DNA from: Candidatus Thalassarchaeum sp.
GTDB lineage: Archaea; Thermoplasmatota; Poseidoniia; Poseidoniales; Thalassarchaeaceae
Length of the DNA stretch: 64,000 bases
Assembly (NCBI GenBank): GCA_022451235.1
Contig: JAKUOA010000002.1
Span: 2,155-66,154, forward strand
Reading direction: 5' to 3'
Numbering within the stretch: the stretch's first letter is position 1; the number at the start of each line of letters is the position of its first letter. Made by a program: the position numbers and the translations under genes. Shown here one piece after another: positions 19,159-27,908 of this stretch. The notes beneath the pieces are model-generated. The model saw only the letters and a list, made by a program, of their open reading frames with translations. It made no database searches and was not told the origin of the DNA.

Positions 19159-20736
19159 CTATGAATTGAACAATTCAATAGCAGCAGATTTCCCAATTTC
19201 CAAAATTAGTGATGAAGCCTTTGGTCCATGTTCCCGTCCTAACATAGCCCAATACAGGGCAACGTAGGCTTCTCTTCCACTGACTCCGCAATCGGGAGAT
19301 ATTGATCTAATTGTTTTGCCTATGGCTTCATCTGACCATTCAGAATCTCTAAGTTCAACAGCCAATCTTTGTAGGAATTTAATTTGCTTTGGGCTTAATT
19401 GTGCACGTGCATTTTCATCAATTCTCTCTTGAATATTGATTCTTGCATCTTCTGGGAAGTGTATGCTTCCAATCCAGTTTCGCATACGTTCCAATCTGTT
19501 TTGTAAGGCTGAATTTGGCTCACCACTTAGGTGGCCACTATTTCTTAGTGAATTCCAAACATCATTATCAGAAGTTTTGATTTGTGCTAGCATTGCTAAG
19601 TGACGGAATGTAACTCCTGCAAGAGAATCAACAGGATCGCTTCCTCTATTAATTTGGCTTAGTCGCATTGCTCCGCTTTGGGTTATTGCAGCAACCCGCT
19701 GTCTTTTAGTCAGATCTTCAGCGTCTAGATTTGGTGGGTCTGCAACTAATCTCTCGTATTCATCTGCCATCTGGAATAGGGCTGAACCAGTGTTGAAATC
19801 GATATGGCGATTCATCTTGGAGCCTGCGATTAGATATCGCAGAATTTCAGGTGGCACTAAGCTTAGGGCTTCAATTGGGCCAACGGTATTACCAGATGAC
19901 GAAGACATAGGCCCCGCTCCCTTAACTTGAATCCACTCGTAAACCATCTTTGAGGGTGGTTCAGAACCCAATAATTTGCAAATTGGCAATCCTGTGTCAA
20001 AAGACCCACCAGCAGCACCGTGATCTTTTCCTGCTGGTTCACAGGTTATTCCATGGATTCCCCAGCGAGCCGCCCAATCTATTCTCCAAGGCAACTTTCC
20101 TTCTGCCTTTCTTATGTCTGCAGAACCCGAATTTCCATGTCCATCCGTCCAATGTACGAATGGCTTTTCGTAGCCGGTAACAGTCACATCATCCATGCTA
20201 CCATCTGAGCCGAGCGGTTTGTACGGAAACCAATCCTCATCTAATTCTCGCCCGGATATTGATTCGATAATTTCCCGAATCTCATCAGCTTGTTCTATAG
20301 CAGAATCTATTTTTTCAGCGAATTGTCCTCTCGCATATGTCTCATGATTCATAATCACCTCTGGAAATACTCCAATTTCAGCAAGTGCATCTAGGAATGG
20401 TCCCAGGAAGTGTTCAGCGTACGACACTCCATTTGGGTCCGGATTTCCATCAGAATTTGGAGCAGGAATGAATGCTAGAGGGCAACCGATGTATTGTTCG
20501 TACTCTTCTGAAAGGAAGGGGTATACTCGACGAAGTGGGTCCATTGAGTCGACGATGAAAATGTATCGGGAATCCAATCCAGCATCAAGACAGGCTCTAT
20601 GTATCATTTCGGCGGAGAGAATTTCTCTAATGTGGCCGATGTGGAATTCTCCCGATGGTGTAATTCCCGAGCAGGCAACTTGTTTATTGCCACGTTTCTT
20701 GCTGAGTTTTTCAGCGGTAAAGTCCGCCCAGTGCAT
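19159..20736 (-). CDS. lysS: lysine--tRNA ligase, class I
   Basis: 525 aa. HIGH motif in PSGEFHIGHIREI, an MSSSSG motif (KMSKS equivalent) and class-I LysRS length and layout. Confidence 0.9.
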   Translation of the reverse strand: MHWADFTAEKLSKKRGNKQVACSGITPSGEFHIGHIREILSAEMIHRACLDAGLDSRYIFIVDSMDPLRRVYPFLSEEYEQYIGCPLAFIPAPNSDGNPDPNGVSYAEHFLGPFLDALAEIGVFPEVIMNHETYARGQFAEKIDSAIEQADEIREIIESISGRELDEDWFPYKPLGSDGSMDDVTVTGYEKPFVHWTDGHGNSGSADIRKAEGKLPWRIDWAARWGIHGITCEPAGKDHGAAGGSFDTGLPICKLLGSEPPSKMVYEWIQVKGAGPMSSSSGNTVGPIEALSLVPPEILRYLIAGSKMNRHIDFNTGSALFQMADEYERLVADPPNLDAEDLTKRQRVAAITQSGAMRLSQINRGSDPVDSLAGVTFRHLAMLAQIKTSDNDVWNSLRNSGHLSGEPNSALQNRLERMRNWIGSIHFPEDARINIQERIDENARAQLSPKQIKFLQRLAVELRDSEWSDEAIGKTIRSISPDCGVSGREAYVALYWAMLGREHGPKASSLILEIGKSAAIELFNS

Positions 20737-20746
20737 CGATTCTACC

Positions 20747-21334
20747 TCAGACAGTGACCACTCGAACTAGGCCTCGCAACGGAACTCCGTCAATCTCATT
20801 CATTTCGGTCTTATTGGCTAAAACCAAACAGAGTTTGACTTCAGCACCCGACTCACGAAGATGCTGCACGGTCTTTCTCATCGTAGTTCCAGAAGATACT
20901 ACATCGTCAATAACAACAACCCTCTTTCCACTAACATTAGCGAATACCTCAGAAAGATGCCCGGCTTCAGATTCACTAATGCTTCGACTTACTGCTAACT
21001 CAAGATCCATCTGCCCAGCGATAGCCTGTGCAAAAGGGATACCATTTATCGAAATTCCAACCATTGTATCAATATCTTCACCTATTTCTTCGTCTATTAT
21101 GTCACAGAATACGTAGGATACGGCTTCAACTCTAGCGGCTTTGACAGCTACAGAGCGCCATCCAACCATGATATCGGAGGGGTTTTCTTCGTCCATTGGT
21201 ACATTTGACGAGGAAAGCCATTGGATTGTGGTCTGTGATAGGGATAACTCATCGGCGATTTGCTGACCGTTCAGACCCTTGTTGTGATATTCCTCGACCT
21301 TTCTGCGAAGCTCGTCTATGCTCAGTGGCATCAA
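20747..21334 (-). CDS. HTH-fused phosphoribosyltransferase-domain protein (PyrE-like / GfcR-type regulator)
   Basis: 195 aa. N-terminal HTH-like segment (NGQQIADELSLSQTTIQW) plus the PRTase PRPP loop VVVIDDVVSSGTTM. Confidence 0.7.
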   Translation of the reverse strand: MMPLSIDELRRKVEEYHNKGLNGQQIADELSLSQTTIQWLSSSNVPMDEENPSDIMVGWRSVAVKAARVEAVSYVFCDIIDEEIGEDIDTMVGISINGIPFAQAIAGQMDLELAVSRSISESEAGHLSEVFANVSGKRVVVIDDVVSSGTTMRKTVQHLRESGAEVKLCLVLANKTEMNEIDGVPLRGLVRVVTV

Positions 21335-21388
21335 ATGGACCGCTTCATCCGGCCCGTATCAAGCATTCGTATGGTGAATATGTAGAAA

Positions 21389-21407
21389 CACGGTTCTATG
21401 AACCGTG
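21389..21407 (-). terminator. 8-bp hairpin just downstream of dut
   Basis: CACGGTTC-TAT-GAACCGTG lies 10 nt beyond the dut stop, in the 82-bp dut/PRTase spacer. No flanking T-run, so the function is uncertain. Confidence 0.3.
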
Positions 21408-21416
21408 CAAAAATAG

Positions 21417-21914
21417 TCAGAATCTGCCCGTGGAACCGAATCCACCTTCTCCACGGTCGGTCTCACCAAGTTCTTCAAATTCCACTTCTTTGAATATGGA
21501 TTGGGGGATTGGGGTAATCAGTAGTTGCGCAATCCTTTCGCCCTTCGATATGGTGTAGGAATCTCCTTCTCCAATCCAAGTCATCATGACGAATAACTCC
21601 CCACGATAATCTGCATCTATGGTGCCAATTCCATGTGGTGGAATCAATCCCCTCTTGCCAAGAGATGATCGAGCCCTAACCTGACCTTCATAGCCAACTG
21701 GTATCGCAACATGCAATCCAGTTCTAACTAGCGTAGCCGTTCGATAGAGAACTTCTGTATCTTCCAAAGCATACAAGTCCCAACCTGCAGCATGAATACT
21801 TCCACGAGTAGGAAGTTGTGCGTCTTCATGGACTCTCGCTACCTTCACTTCAATGGCCTCGTCCATATTTGCCGGTTTGTAAACGGGTCTTTGACCGTTG
21901 GTACGTAACATCAA
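21417..21914 (-). CDS. dut: dUTP diphosphatase (homotrimeric Dut type)
   Basis: Dut motifs AAGWDLYA, GIGTIDADYRGEL and C-terminal RGEGGFGSTG. The start could be the internal ATG at 21866. Confidence 0.9.
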   Translation of the reverse strand: MMLRTNGQRPVYKPANMDEAIEVKVARVHEDAQLPTRGSIHAAGWDLYALEDTEVLYRTATLVRTGLHVAIPVGYEGQVRARSSLGKRGLIPPHGIGTIDADYRGELFVMMTWIGEGDSYTISKGERIAQLLITPIPQSIFKEVEFEELGETDRGEGGFGSTGRF

Positions 21915-21958
21915 GACTATCCGGTGGGGTGAAAAGGGAGTCTACTCTCGGGTAGTTT

Positions 21959-22369
21959 ATGGGTGACTACGAATATGATACTCTGCTTAATCGAGCACGA
22001 GATAGAATCCCAACAGACATTAGTGAGAGGAATCGTTGGACTATGCCGAATCCAGAAATTTTGGTAGAAGGAAATCAAACGATTATACGAAATTTCTCGG
22101 CAATTGTTGATGCAATGGATAGGGATGCAAATCATGTCTATCAATATCTAATCAACGAATTAGGAACATCTGGGACCAGAGAACAAATTCGTGTAATGCT
22201 CAAAGGTCGAATCCCACCAAAGAGAATCAAAGAAAAGATTGTTGGTTACGTCAAAACATATATTCTCTGCGACCAATGTATGTCACCTGATACTAGTTTC
22301 ATCAAGGAAGGTCGTACCACCCTGCTTAAGTGCCAGGCATGCGGTGCTACCCGACCGGTTCGTCTTTGA
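21959..22369 (+). CDS. eif2b: translation initiation factor aIF2 beta subunit
   Basis: 136 aa. eIF2-beta/eIF5 core plus a C-terminal Cys4 zinc ribbon (CDQC..x..CQAC). Confidence 0.85.
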   Translation: MGDYEYDTLLNRARDRIPTDISERNRWTMPNPEILVEGNQTIIRNFSAIVDAMDRDANHVYQYLINELGTSGTREQIRVMLKGRIPPKRIKEKIVGYVKTYILCDQCMSPDTSFIKEGRTTLLKCQACGATRPVRL

Positions 22370-22396
22370 GTCTAATCGTGTGTATTTTCTCTAGAG

Positions 22397-22711
22397 TCAT
22401 TCAACCATAAGAAATTCATCTGCAGCTTTCCCTCCAGCTAGATGTTCTACGATTCGGGCTATTGCTTTGTCATCATCTGGAATCGTATACCAAATCCCAT
22501 TGGGGTAAACGACACAAGAAATTCCTTGCTCACATCTGTCTAAACAACCTGCCTTATTGACTCGAATATCATTTATTCCAGCGGCTTTAGCTGCTCGCTT
22601 AAGACGAGTCATAACATCGAGGGCGTTCTTAGATGCACAGCATTCTCGTGGTTTTTTCGGATCCCGTTGGTTGGTACATACAAAGGCGTGAAGGCGGAAA
22701 TTCTCCGTCAT
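22397..22711 (-). CDS. thioredoxin-like [2Fe-2S] ferredoxin
   Basis: 104 aa. Cys pattern (FVCTNQR..CCASK..AGCLDRCEQG) resembles thioredoxin-fold 2Fe-2S ferredoxins. Confidence 0.65.
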   Translation of the reverse strand: MTENFRLHAFVCTNQRDPKKPRECCASKNALDVMTRLKRAAKAAGINDIRVNKAGCLDRCEQGISCVVYPNGIWYTIPDDDKAIARIVEHLAGGKAADEFLMVE

Positions 22712-22720
22712 GTTCTCACC

Positions 22721-23047
22721 TTAAATCTCATCAAATTTTGCTGCGAGGACGAAATCCGATTCAGTAAGTCCGTTTATTTTATGAGTCCAAATCATAGCCT
22801 TCACCCTACCCCAGCCTAATTCAAAATCAGCATGATGATCTTGTTCCTCGCAAATAGCGCCGGCGGCGTTGACAAATTGAAGAGCAGAATCAAAATCCGG
22901 GAATGTCCAAATTCGTTCAATGTGGTGTATTTCTATTAATTCCCAATCGGAATTAATTTGCCGAATCATTCGTTGTGCTTGTTCAATTTCCATAGGAGGT
23001 ACGCCACCCTTACAGGGTATACATTCTTTCTTCGCTAGGTCTGACAT
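22721..23047 (-). CDS. pterin-4a-carbinolamine dehydratase (PCD/DCoH)
   Basis: 108 aa. The core EEQDHHADFELGWGRVKAMIWTH carries the family's HH dyad. Confidence 0.8.
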   Translation of the reverse strand: MSDLAKKECIPCKGGVPPMEIEQAQRMIRQINSDWELIEIHHIERIWTFPDFDSALQFVNAAGAICEEQDHHADFELGWGRVKAMIWTHKINGLTESDFVLAAKFDEI

Positions 23048-23050
23048 TCA

Positions 23051-23506
23051 TCAACCCCACAAGTGACTGTCATCTGAGCCGCCATCGGCTTGTCGCTCGG
23101 CTTGTTCATGAACATTTGATCGTCTTCGCAAATCTTCTTTTTCGAAGGTAAGTAATTCATCGTCCTCAATGTACGGTTTCCTCAAGTGGGTTACAAGTCT
23201 TACTTCGACTATCACATCTCTGGCAATCGAACGGTATTGACCAAATTCGTCTAGCATTTCTACAGCATTTCGAGAAGTTGCTAGTAACATGCCTCGAACC
23301 CAAGGGTCATCATCTACTCTTAGCGCCCGTGCATCAATTAGTAATTCGATTAAATCGTCCTTCCTTAGGCCGCTTCTTCTGTCGATTAGAGGGCCAAAGA
23401 AGACATCTCCGCGACCATCCAATTCCTTTGCACCATATTCTTCGGCAAATTGCTTCGCCCACGTGGGCAAATCGTCTATTCTCTTACTGCGCCGTTCACT
23501 GGTCAT
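23051..23506 (-). CDS. hypothetical acidic protein
   Basis: 151 aa. 3-nt spacer to the PCD gene on the same strand. No family recognised. Confidence 0.5.
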   Translation of the reverse strand: MTSERRSKRIDDLPTWAKQFAEEYGAKELDGRGDVFFGPLIDRRSGLRKDDLIELLIDARALRVDDDPWVRGMLLATSRNAVEMLDEFGQYRSIARDVIVEVRLVTHLRKPYIEDDELLTFEKEDLRRRSNVHEQAERQADGGSDDSHLWG

Positions 23507-23585
23507 AGCGTCGCGTGCGGTTTGCCATAGAAAAGCACGTTGTTTGAAGAAGTATGGGTGCGGCCGCTAGAACGGAGGAGAGGTC

Positions 23586-24716
23586 ATGGCTTCCGTTGAA
23601 TGGCGTAAGATTCCTACGGTTCTATATCCTCAGGAAGTACTAGACAAGGCGTTTCGTCGTGCTGGAAAGCAATCCGACTTAGTAGAGGACCCAGACAAGT
23701 ATCATCGTGTACGAAAACAGATGGCTAGAATGGTACAAGCAGCAAGTGATACAATCGCTGAAACCCTGCTAAAATGGGTTGACCAGTGGCCCAGCCTCAA
23801 TGCCCAGTCTGAATTCGATCAAGCCTTGGTTGATGCAGCCGTTGGGGCTGATGAATTTAGGCAAAACCTGGGCGCAATTCAGTGGGCTGCAGAGAGGGTC
23901 AGAAAAATAGCTGGTGAATCTCAATCAAAGATGCTAAAATTCCGTAATATCGAGGCATTTCATGTAGAAAGACGTCACGCTTACGGTAGAATGTCATCGA
24001 TTATCGACCAAATCGGAGATAATATTCTTTGGTTAGGTGAGGCTAGGAACATTCTACGTGAATTACCTTCAATTGATGCCGCCGAGCCTTGTATTGTGGT
24101 CGCTGGTGCGCCAAATGTCGGGAAATCGGCCCTAATAACAGAATTATCCAGTGGAGAGCCAGAAGTTGCCGCTTACCCATTTACTACGAAGCGTCTACAT
24201 GTAGGTCACTTTGAGCATCGAAGAAGAATTTACCAGATGGTCGATACACCAGGGCTTCTAGACCGACCAATGACAGAGCGTAATCAAATTGAGATGCAAG
24301 CGATTGCTGCTTTGGAAAATGTAGGAGACCTTGTATTGTTCTTAATCGATCCATCTGAATCTAGTGAAATGAGTTTGCAAGACCAACGTCATTTACTTGG
24401 CGAAGTTACAGAACTACTTGCGGATAGACCTCTCCTTAGGGTCTATTCAAAGTCAGATTTACATGAAGAAAATGAAAATGAAGTTTTACGAATTAGTTCA
24501 AAAACAGGCGATGGAATTGAGGAATTGCGTAGTAGACTTATCAAATTCATTGCGGCTGATGAAGTATCCGACCCACTTGCCTTACCGGATACTTGGCATA
24601 GAGAAGTCGAAGAGATTGAGCCTGTGGGCTCACCAGAAGAAATTGAGGCTAGAAGGGAAGCAGCGATGAGAAATGCGCCTAAACCAAGACGTGGAAGAAA
24701 GAAGTCTACTAATTGA
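23586..24716 (+). CDS. NOG1-family GTP-binding protein
   Basis: 376 aa. G1 GAPNVGKS, G3 DTPGLLDRP, G4-like SKSD, a helical N-terminal domain and a basic C-terminal tail (PKPRRGRKKS). Confidence 0.8.
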   Translation: MASVEWRKIPTVLYPQEVLDKAFRRAGKQSDLVEDPDKYHRVRKQMARMVQAASDTIAETLLKWVDQWPSLNAQSEFDQALVDAAVGADEFRQNLGAIQWAAERVRKIAGESQSKMLKFRNIEAFHVERRHAYGRMSSIIDQIGDNILWLGEARNILRELPSIDAAEPCIVVAGAPNVGKSALITELSSGEPEVAAYPFTTKRLHVGHFEHRRRIYQMVDTPGLLDRPMTERNQIEMQAIAALENVGDLVLFLIDPSESSEMSLQDQRHLLGEVTELLADRPLLRVYSKSDLHEENENEVLRISSKTGDGIEELRSRLIKFIAADEVSDPLALPDTWHREVEEIEPVGSPEEIEARREAAMRNAPKPRRGRKKSTN

Positions 24717-24722
24717 ATTGCT

Positions 24723-24842
24723 TCAATCTACTCGAAATTGAGCCCCACAAGTCACACAGTATACATTGTATCCTCCGAACGATGGAGGGAGTCCTTCTGC
24801 CCGAATTTCCGCGCCACAGGAACGACACTTGGTTACTGCCAT
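24723..24842 (-). CDS. 39-aa CxxC..CxxC zinc-ribbon mini-protein (not in the supplied ORF track)
   Basis: Hand translation gives MAVTKCRSCGAEIRAEGLPPSFGGYNVYCVTCGAQFRVD*. It has an ATG start and TGA stop and fills an otherwise empty 184-bp gap. Confidence 0.45.
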   Translation of the reverse strand: MAVTKCRSCGAEIRAEGLPPSFGGYNVYCVTCGAQFRVD

Positions 24843-24900
24843 GAGCGGTCGAGAGAATACTGGTTCTTCAATTAGACGACTAGGCGGGTAGTCAACAGAG

Positions 24901-25536
24901 TTATGATTTGATATATTTCTTCCAAAATAGTTCGATTGGATAAATCATTTCAACCGCTCCAATCATTAGCAGAATCCCGATTACTCCGAGTAGTATTTCT
25001 CCAGCGGTGGAAATATGGAATGTTGATGTAATTGTTACTAATTGGTTGTCAAGACTAGCACCTTCTCGACCTCCACTTGTAAAGCGATAGTCTCCTGGAT
25101 TTAGCGAGAATGTGAACTCATCCAAATCCTCTGGGCCACCAGCGACAAATTCGAATTCCTCCGCCTCGCATGTTGTCAATCCATTGGAATCAGGAGGGCA
25201 ATTTTCAGCATATTTTGCATCGACTACTCCTATCCAAGCCTTTTCAGGTTCATCCCATGCAATATTTACCTCTACATCGATTAAATTGAATCCCCAAGGA
25301 ACATGGAAATTAGAGCCCGTCATGCCAACAGGACAACCACCTGCATCATCATCCAAACATGGAACGGTAGTGGCCTGAACACGAGTAGAATCTATTTCCA
25401 TCCCTACTAAACTCACAGTTAGTAAAATCAAACAAACAAATCCTACGAATCCTGGTAGAACACCGAGAACTCGCACCATGCGCATGATGATTCCTCTTTG
25501 TTGATTGGTGTTGAACCTAACGATGCCAAGGGTCAA
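24901..25536 (-). CDS. hypothetical bitopic membrane/exported protein
   Basis: 211 aa. N-terminal hydrophobic helix (start possibly the ATG at 25485, MRMVRVLG..), a Cys-containing acidic ectodomain and a C-terminal TM helix. Confidence 0.5.
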   Translation of the reverse strand: MTLGIVRFNTNQQRGIIMRMVRVLGVLPGFVGFVCLILLTVSLVGMEIDSTRVQATTVPCLDDDAGGCPVGMTGSNFHVPWGFNLIDVEVNIAWDEPEKAWIGVVDAKYAENCPPDSNGLTTCEAEEFEFVAGGPEDLDEFTFSLNPGDYRFTSGGREGASLDNQLVTITSTFHISTAGEILLGVIGILLMIGAVEMIYPIELFWKKYIKS

Positions 25537-25841
25537 ATTGAGGTCAAAAGTGCTAGTAGAATGGCAATTGCAGGGAATAGGTACAGCATGATAGTCAGAC
25601 GTTTACGAGATGCTTCTCTTTTCTCGTATGTAGATTCACATTCTTCATTACTACATACTGGAGGTTCTGCACTAAGCGGAATTGGCGCCCAACAGACCGA
25701 GCAGTGCCGATGAGAAGCAACTCCAGAAGAACTAGTAGATCGCTTACTTCTACCTCGCTCACGGGCAGCGGTCTCTCTCGCCTGTGAAGCGGTCCGTGTA
25801 GCGGCCTTAGCGATTCTTTCTTTTCTGCCCAAAGGTATCAC
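25533..25841 (-). CDS. Zn-ribbon plus TM protein (DUF2116-like)
   Basis: 102 aa. Basic N-terminus, CSVCWAPI..x..CSNEEC ribbon and a C-terminal TM helix. 4-nt overlap with pyrH. Confidence 0.5.
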   Translation of the reverse strand: MIPLGRKERIAKAATRTASQARETAARERGRSKRSTSSSGVASHRHCSVCWAPIPLSAEPPVCSNEECESTYEKREASRKRLTIMLYLFPAIAILLALLTSI

Positions 25842-26551
25842 TCTTCCTCTTCGGTTTCAACAATCGTCCCATGGAATGATTCTCCTTCTATTGCGGATTT
25901 TATTCTAGAATGGTCTGTTCCGTCTAGTATACAGAGAGTCAAATTAGCATTTGTAGCGTCAGCGACTCCCATCGGATCAACAACTCCAGAGGGTCCGGCT
26001 TTGGTATGTTCGGGAGGTCCAACAATTTCTTGCAATTCTTTGTGAGTCAGTGAATCGTGAGCATTTGCGTTGGGATTTTCACTAGGGTCAGAGTCGTAGA
26101 CTCTGTCAACATTGGTACAGATAATACAACGCTCAGCCCCACTAGCAATTGCGAGACGAATTGCAACCGCGTCAGTAGTATGCCCCGGTTTCGTACCTCC
26201 CATCACCACTACAGGTCTTTCATCGAATAGCATAGTAGCCTCGTTGATTGAATGCGGAATAGTCCCGGAAACCATTACTCCAGCATCAGCTAGAGATTCT
26301 CTAATCATGGTGGCGTTAAGTCGAGTAGCTGCAATACCAATACGATCTAGCCTATCTTCGTTGTCGATTATAGGTCTAGCGAGGTTAATACCCTCTCTAG
26401 CGGCGGCTCCTCCACCTACAACAATTCCAATTCTATCATCGACCAATACCCTGTCTCGAATGATGGAAACTAACTCTTCTAGCCAGGCATGCCGTTCTTC
26501 CACCTCAGGCCTCAGAAGGCTCCCTCCGAGTGCGAGTACTATGGTCGCCAT
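25838..26551 (-). CDS. pyrH: uridylate (UMP) kinase, archaeal type
   Basis: IVLALGGSLL, VVGGGAAAR and GGTKPGHTTDAVAIRLA. The ATG at 26551 (MATIVLALGG) fits the family N-terminus better than 26581. Confidence 0.85.
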   Translation of the reverse strand: MATIVLALGGSLLRPEVEERHAWLEELVSIIRDRVLVDDRIGIVVGGGAAAREGINLARPIIDNEDRLDRIGIAATRLNATMIRESLADAGVMVSGTIPHSINEATMLFDERPVVVMGGTKPGHTTDAVAIRLAIASGAERCIICTNVDRVYDSDPSENPNANAHDSLTHKELQEIVGPPEHTKAGPSGVVDPMGVADATNANLTLCILDGTDHSRIKSAIEGESFHGTIVETEEEE

Positions 26552-26651
26552 CGTGCATTCGGGGATGAGTGCCCCTTTCAATGCCTTCGCTGGATACGCG
26601 CGAGAGGGTTGAAATGCCCCTCACTGTGGCCTTCCGCCAAGAGGCTTAGCC

Positions 26652-27899
26652 ATGGCAGATGACTTGGAGATGCAGCAGCGAAGACTGCGAACCAAGAAGG
26701 CGCTAGAAGAGCTTCAGAATATGAGAGGTATGGGTACGGAGTTAGTTACGGTAATCATTCCACCAGACCGTCTCATTAGCGACGTTCGTGGACAACTTGG
26801 CCAAGAAGCAGCCCAAGCCGCGAATATCAAGTCTAAATTAACCAGAAAACACGTAGGCGATGCTATTGAATCGGCGATTTCAGTATTGAATCGATACAAG
26901 AATGCCGGAGAATATGGAATTGCTATCTTCGTAGGTCATGTGATTGTCGGAAATAACAAAAGTCGATTGGTTACTGTAGTAATTGATGATCCACCAGAGG
27001 TTTTCGGTTCTTTCCGCTACCGTTGTGACTCGACTTTTGAGTTAACCCAACTAGAAGACATGCTCATCGATCGAACCTCGTATGGTTTGTTTGTTATCGA
27101 TAGAGGAGAGGCAGCCTACGGAATTGCAAGTGGAAAAAGAATTCATTGTCAAGAGGAATTACAATCCAATATTATGGGAAAACATCGACAAGGAGGGCAA
27201 TCCGCCCAACGTTTTGAGCGCTTAATTGAGGAAGCGGCTCATAACTTCTTCAAACGTGCAACCGAGCACGCTTGCAATTACTGGCTCCCGAATTTGGCTG
27301 ATATCAAAGGAATCATTGTCGGAGGTCCTGGGCACACTAAGGATTTCGTTATCAAGAACGACTACTTCCATCACGAAGTGAAGAAATTGATTCGAGAACC
27401 TTTCTTTGACGTGGGATATTCCAATGAGAGTGGTTTGAGAGAATTAGTTCAGCGTGCTGGCAATCTTATGGACCAGATAGAATTGGACGCTGAACGTGAG
27501 TTAGTAGATAATTTTCTTCGCGAAGTAATGCAAGCACACCCCAAAGCAACTTACGGTGAGATGATGATTAGGTCAGCATTAGACCAAGGGGCTGTGGATA
27601 CTCTACTATTGTCTGAGGGCCTACGCAAGAGACGTGTTGGTTGGAATTGTAAGCCATGTTCACATCAATGGGAGTCCACACAAAATAGTCGCTCAGAAAT
27701 CCCTAATTGTCCAAAATGCGGCTCGGAAGATGTGCGCGAAGATCCAGATAGAACTAGAGATATAATCGACGAATTGACAGAATTAGCAGGTCATACCTCT
27801 GCAAAGGTTAGTCTGATTTCAATGGAATCAGAGGAAGGCGCGACCCTTCAAACCTCATTTGGAGGAATCGCTGCATTGTTGAGGTACCCACTTACTTGA
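26652..27899 (+). CDS. prf1: peptide chain release factor aRF1
   Basis: 415 aa. Contains the NIKS motif (AANIKSKL) and the GGQ motif (RQGGQSAQRF). It also has a Cys4 insertion (CKPC..x..CPKC) in the C-terminal domain. Confidence 0.95.
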   Translation: MADDLEMQQRRLRTKKALEELQNMRGMGTELVTVIIPPDRLISDVRGQLGQEAAQAANIKSKLTRKHVGDAIESAISVLNRYKNAGEYGIAIFVGHVIVGNNKSRLVTVVIDDPPEVFGSFRYRCDSTFELTQLEDMLIDRTSYGLFVIDRGEAAYGIASGKRIHCQEELQSNIMGKHRQGGQSAQRFERLIEEAAHNFFKRATEHACNYWLPNLADIKGIIVGGPGHTKDFVIKNDYFHHEVKKLIREPFFDVGYSNESGLRELVQRAGNLMDQIELDAERELVDNFLREVMQAHPKATYGEMMIRSALDQGAVDTLLLSEGLRKRRVGWNCKPCSHQWESTQNSRSEIPNCPKCGSEDVREDPDRTRDIIDELTELAGHTSAKVSLISMESEEGATLQTSFGGIAALLRYPLT

Positions 27900-27908
27900 G
27901 GTTAGAAT

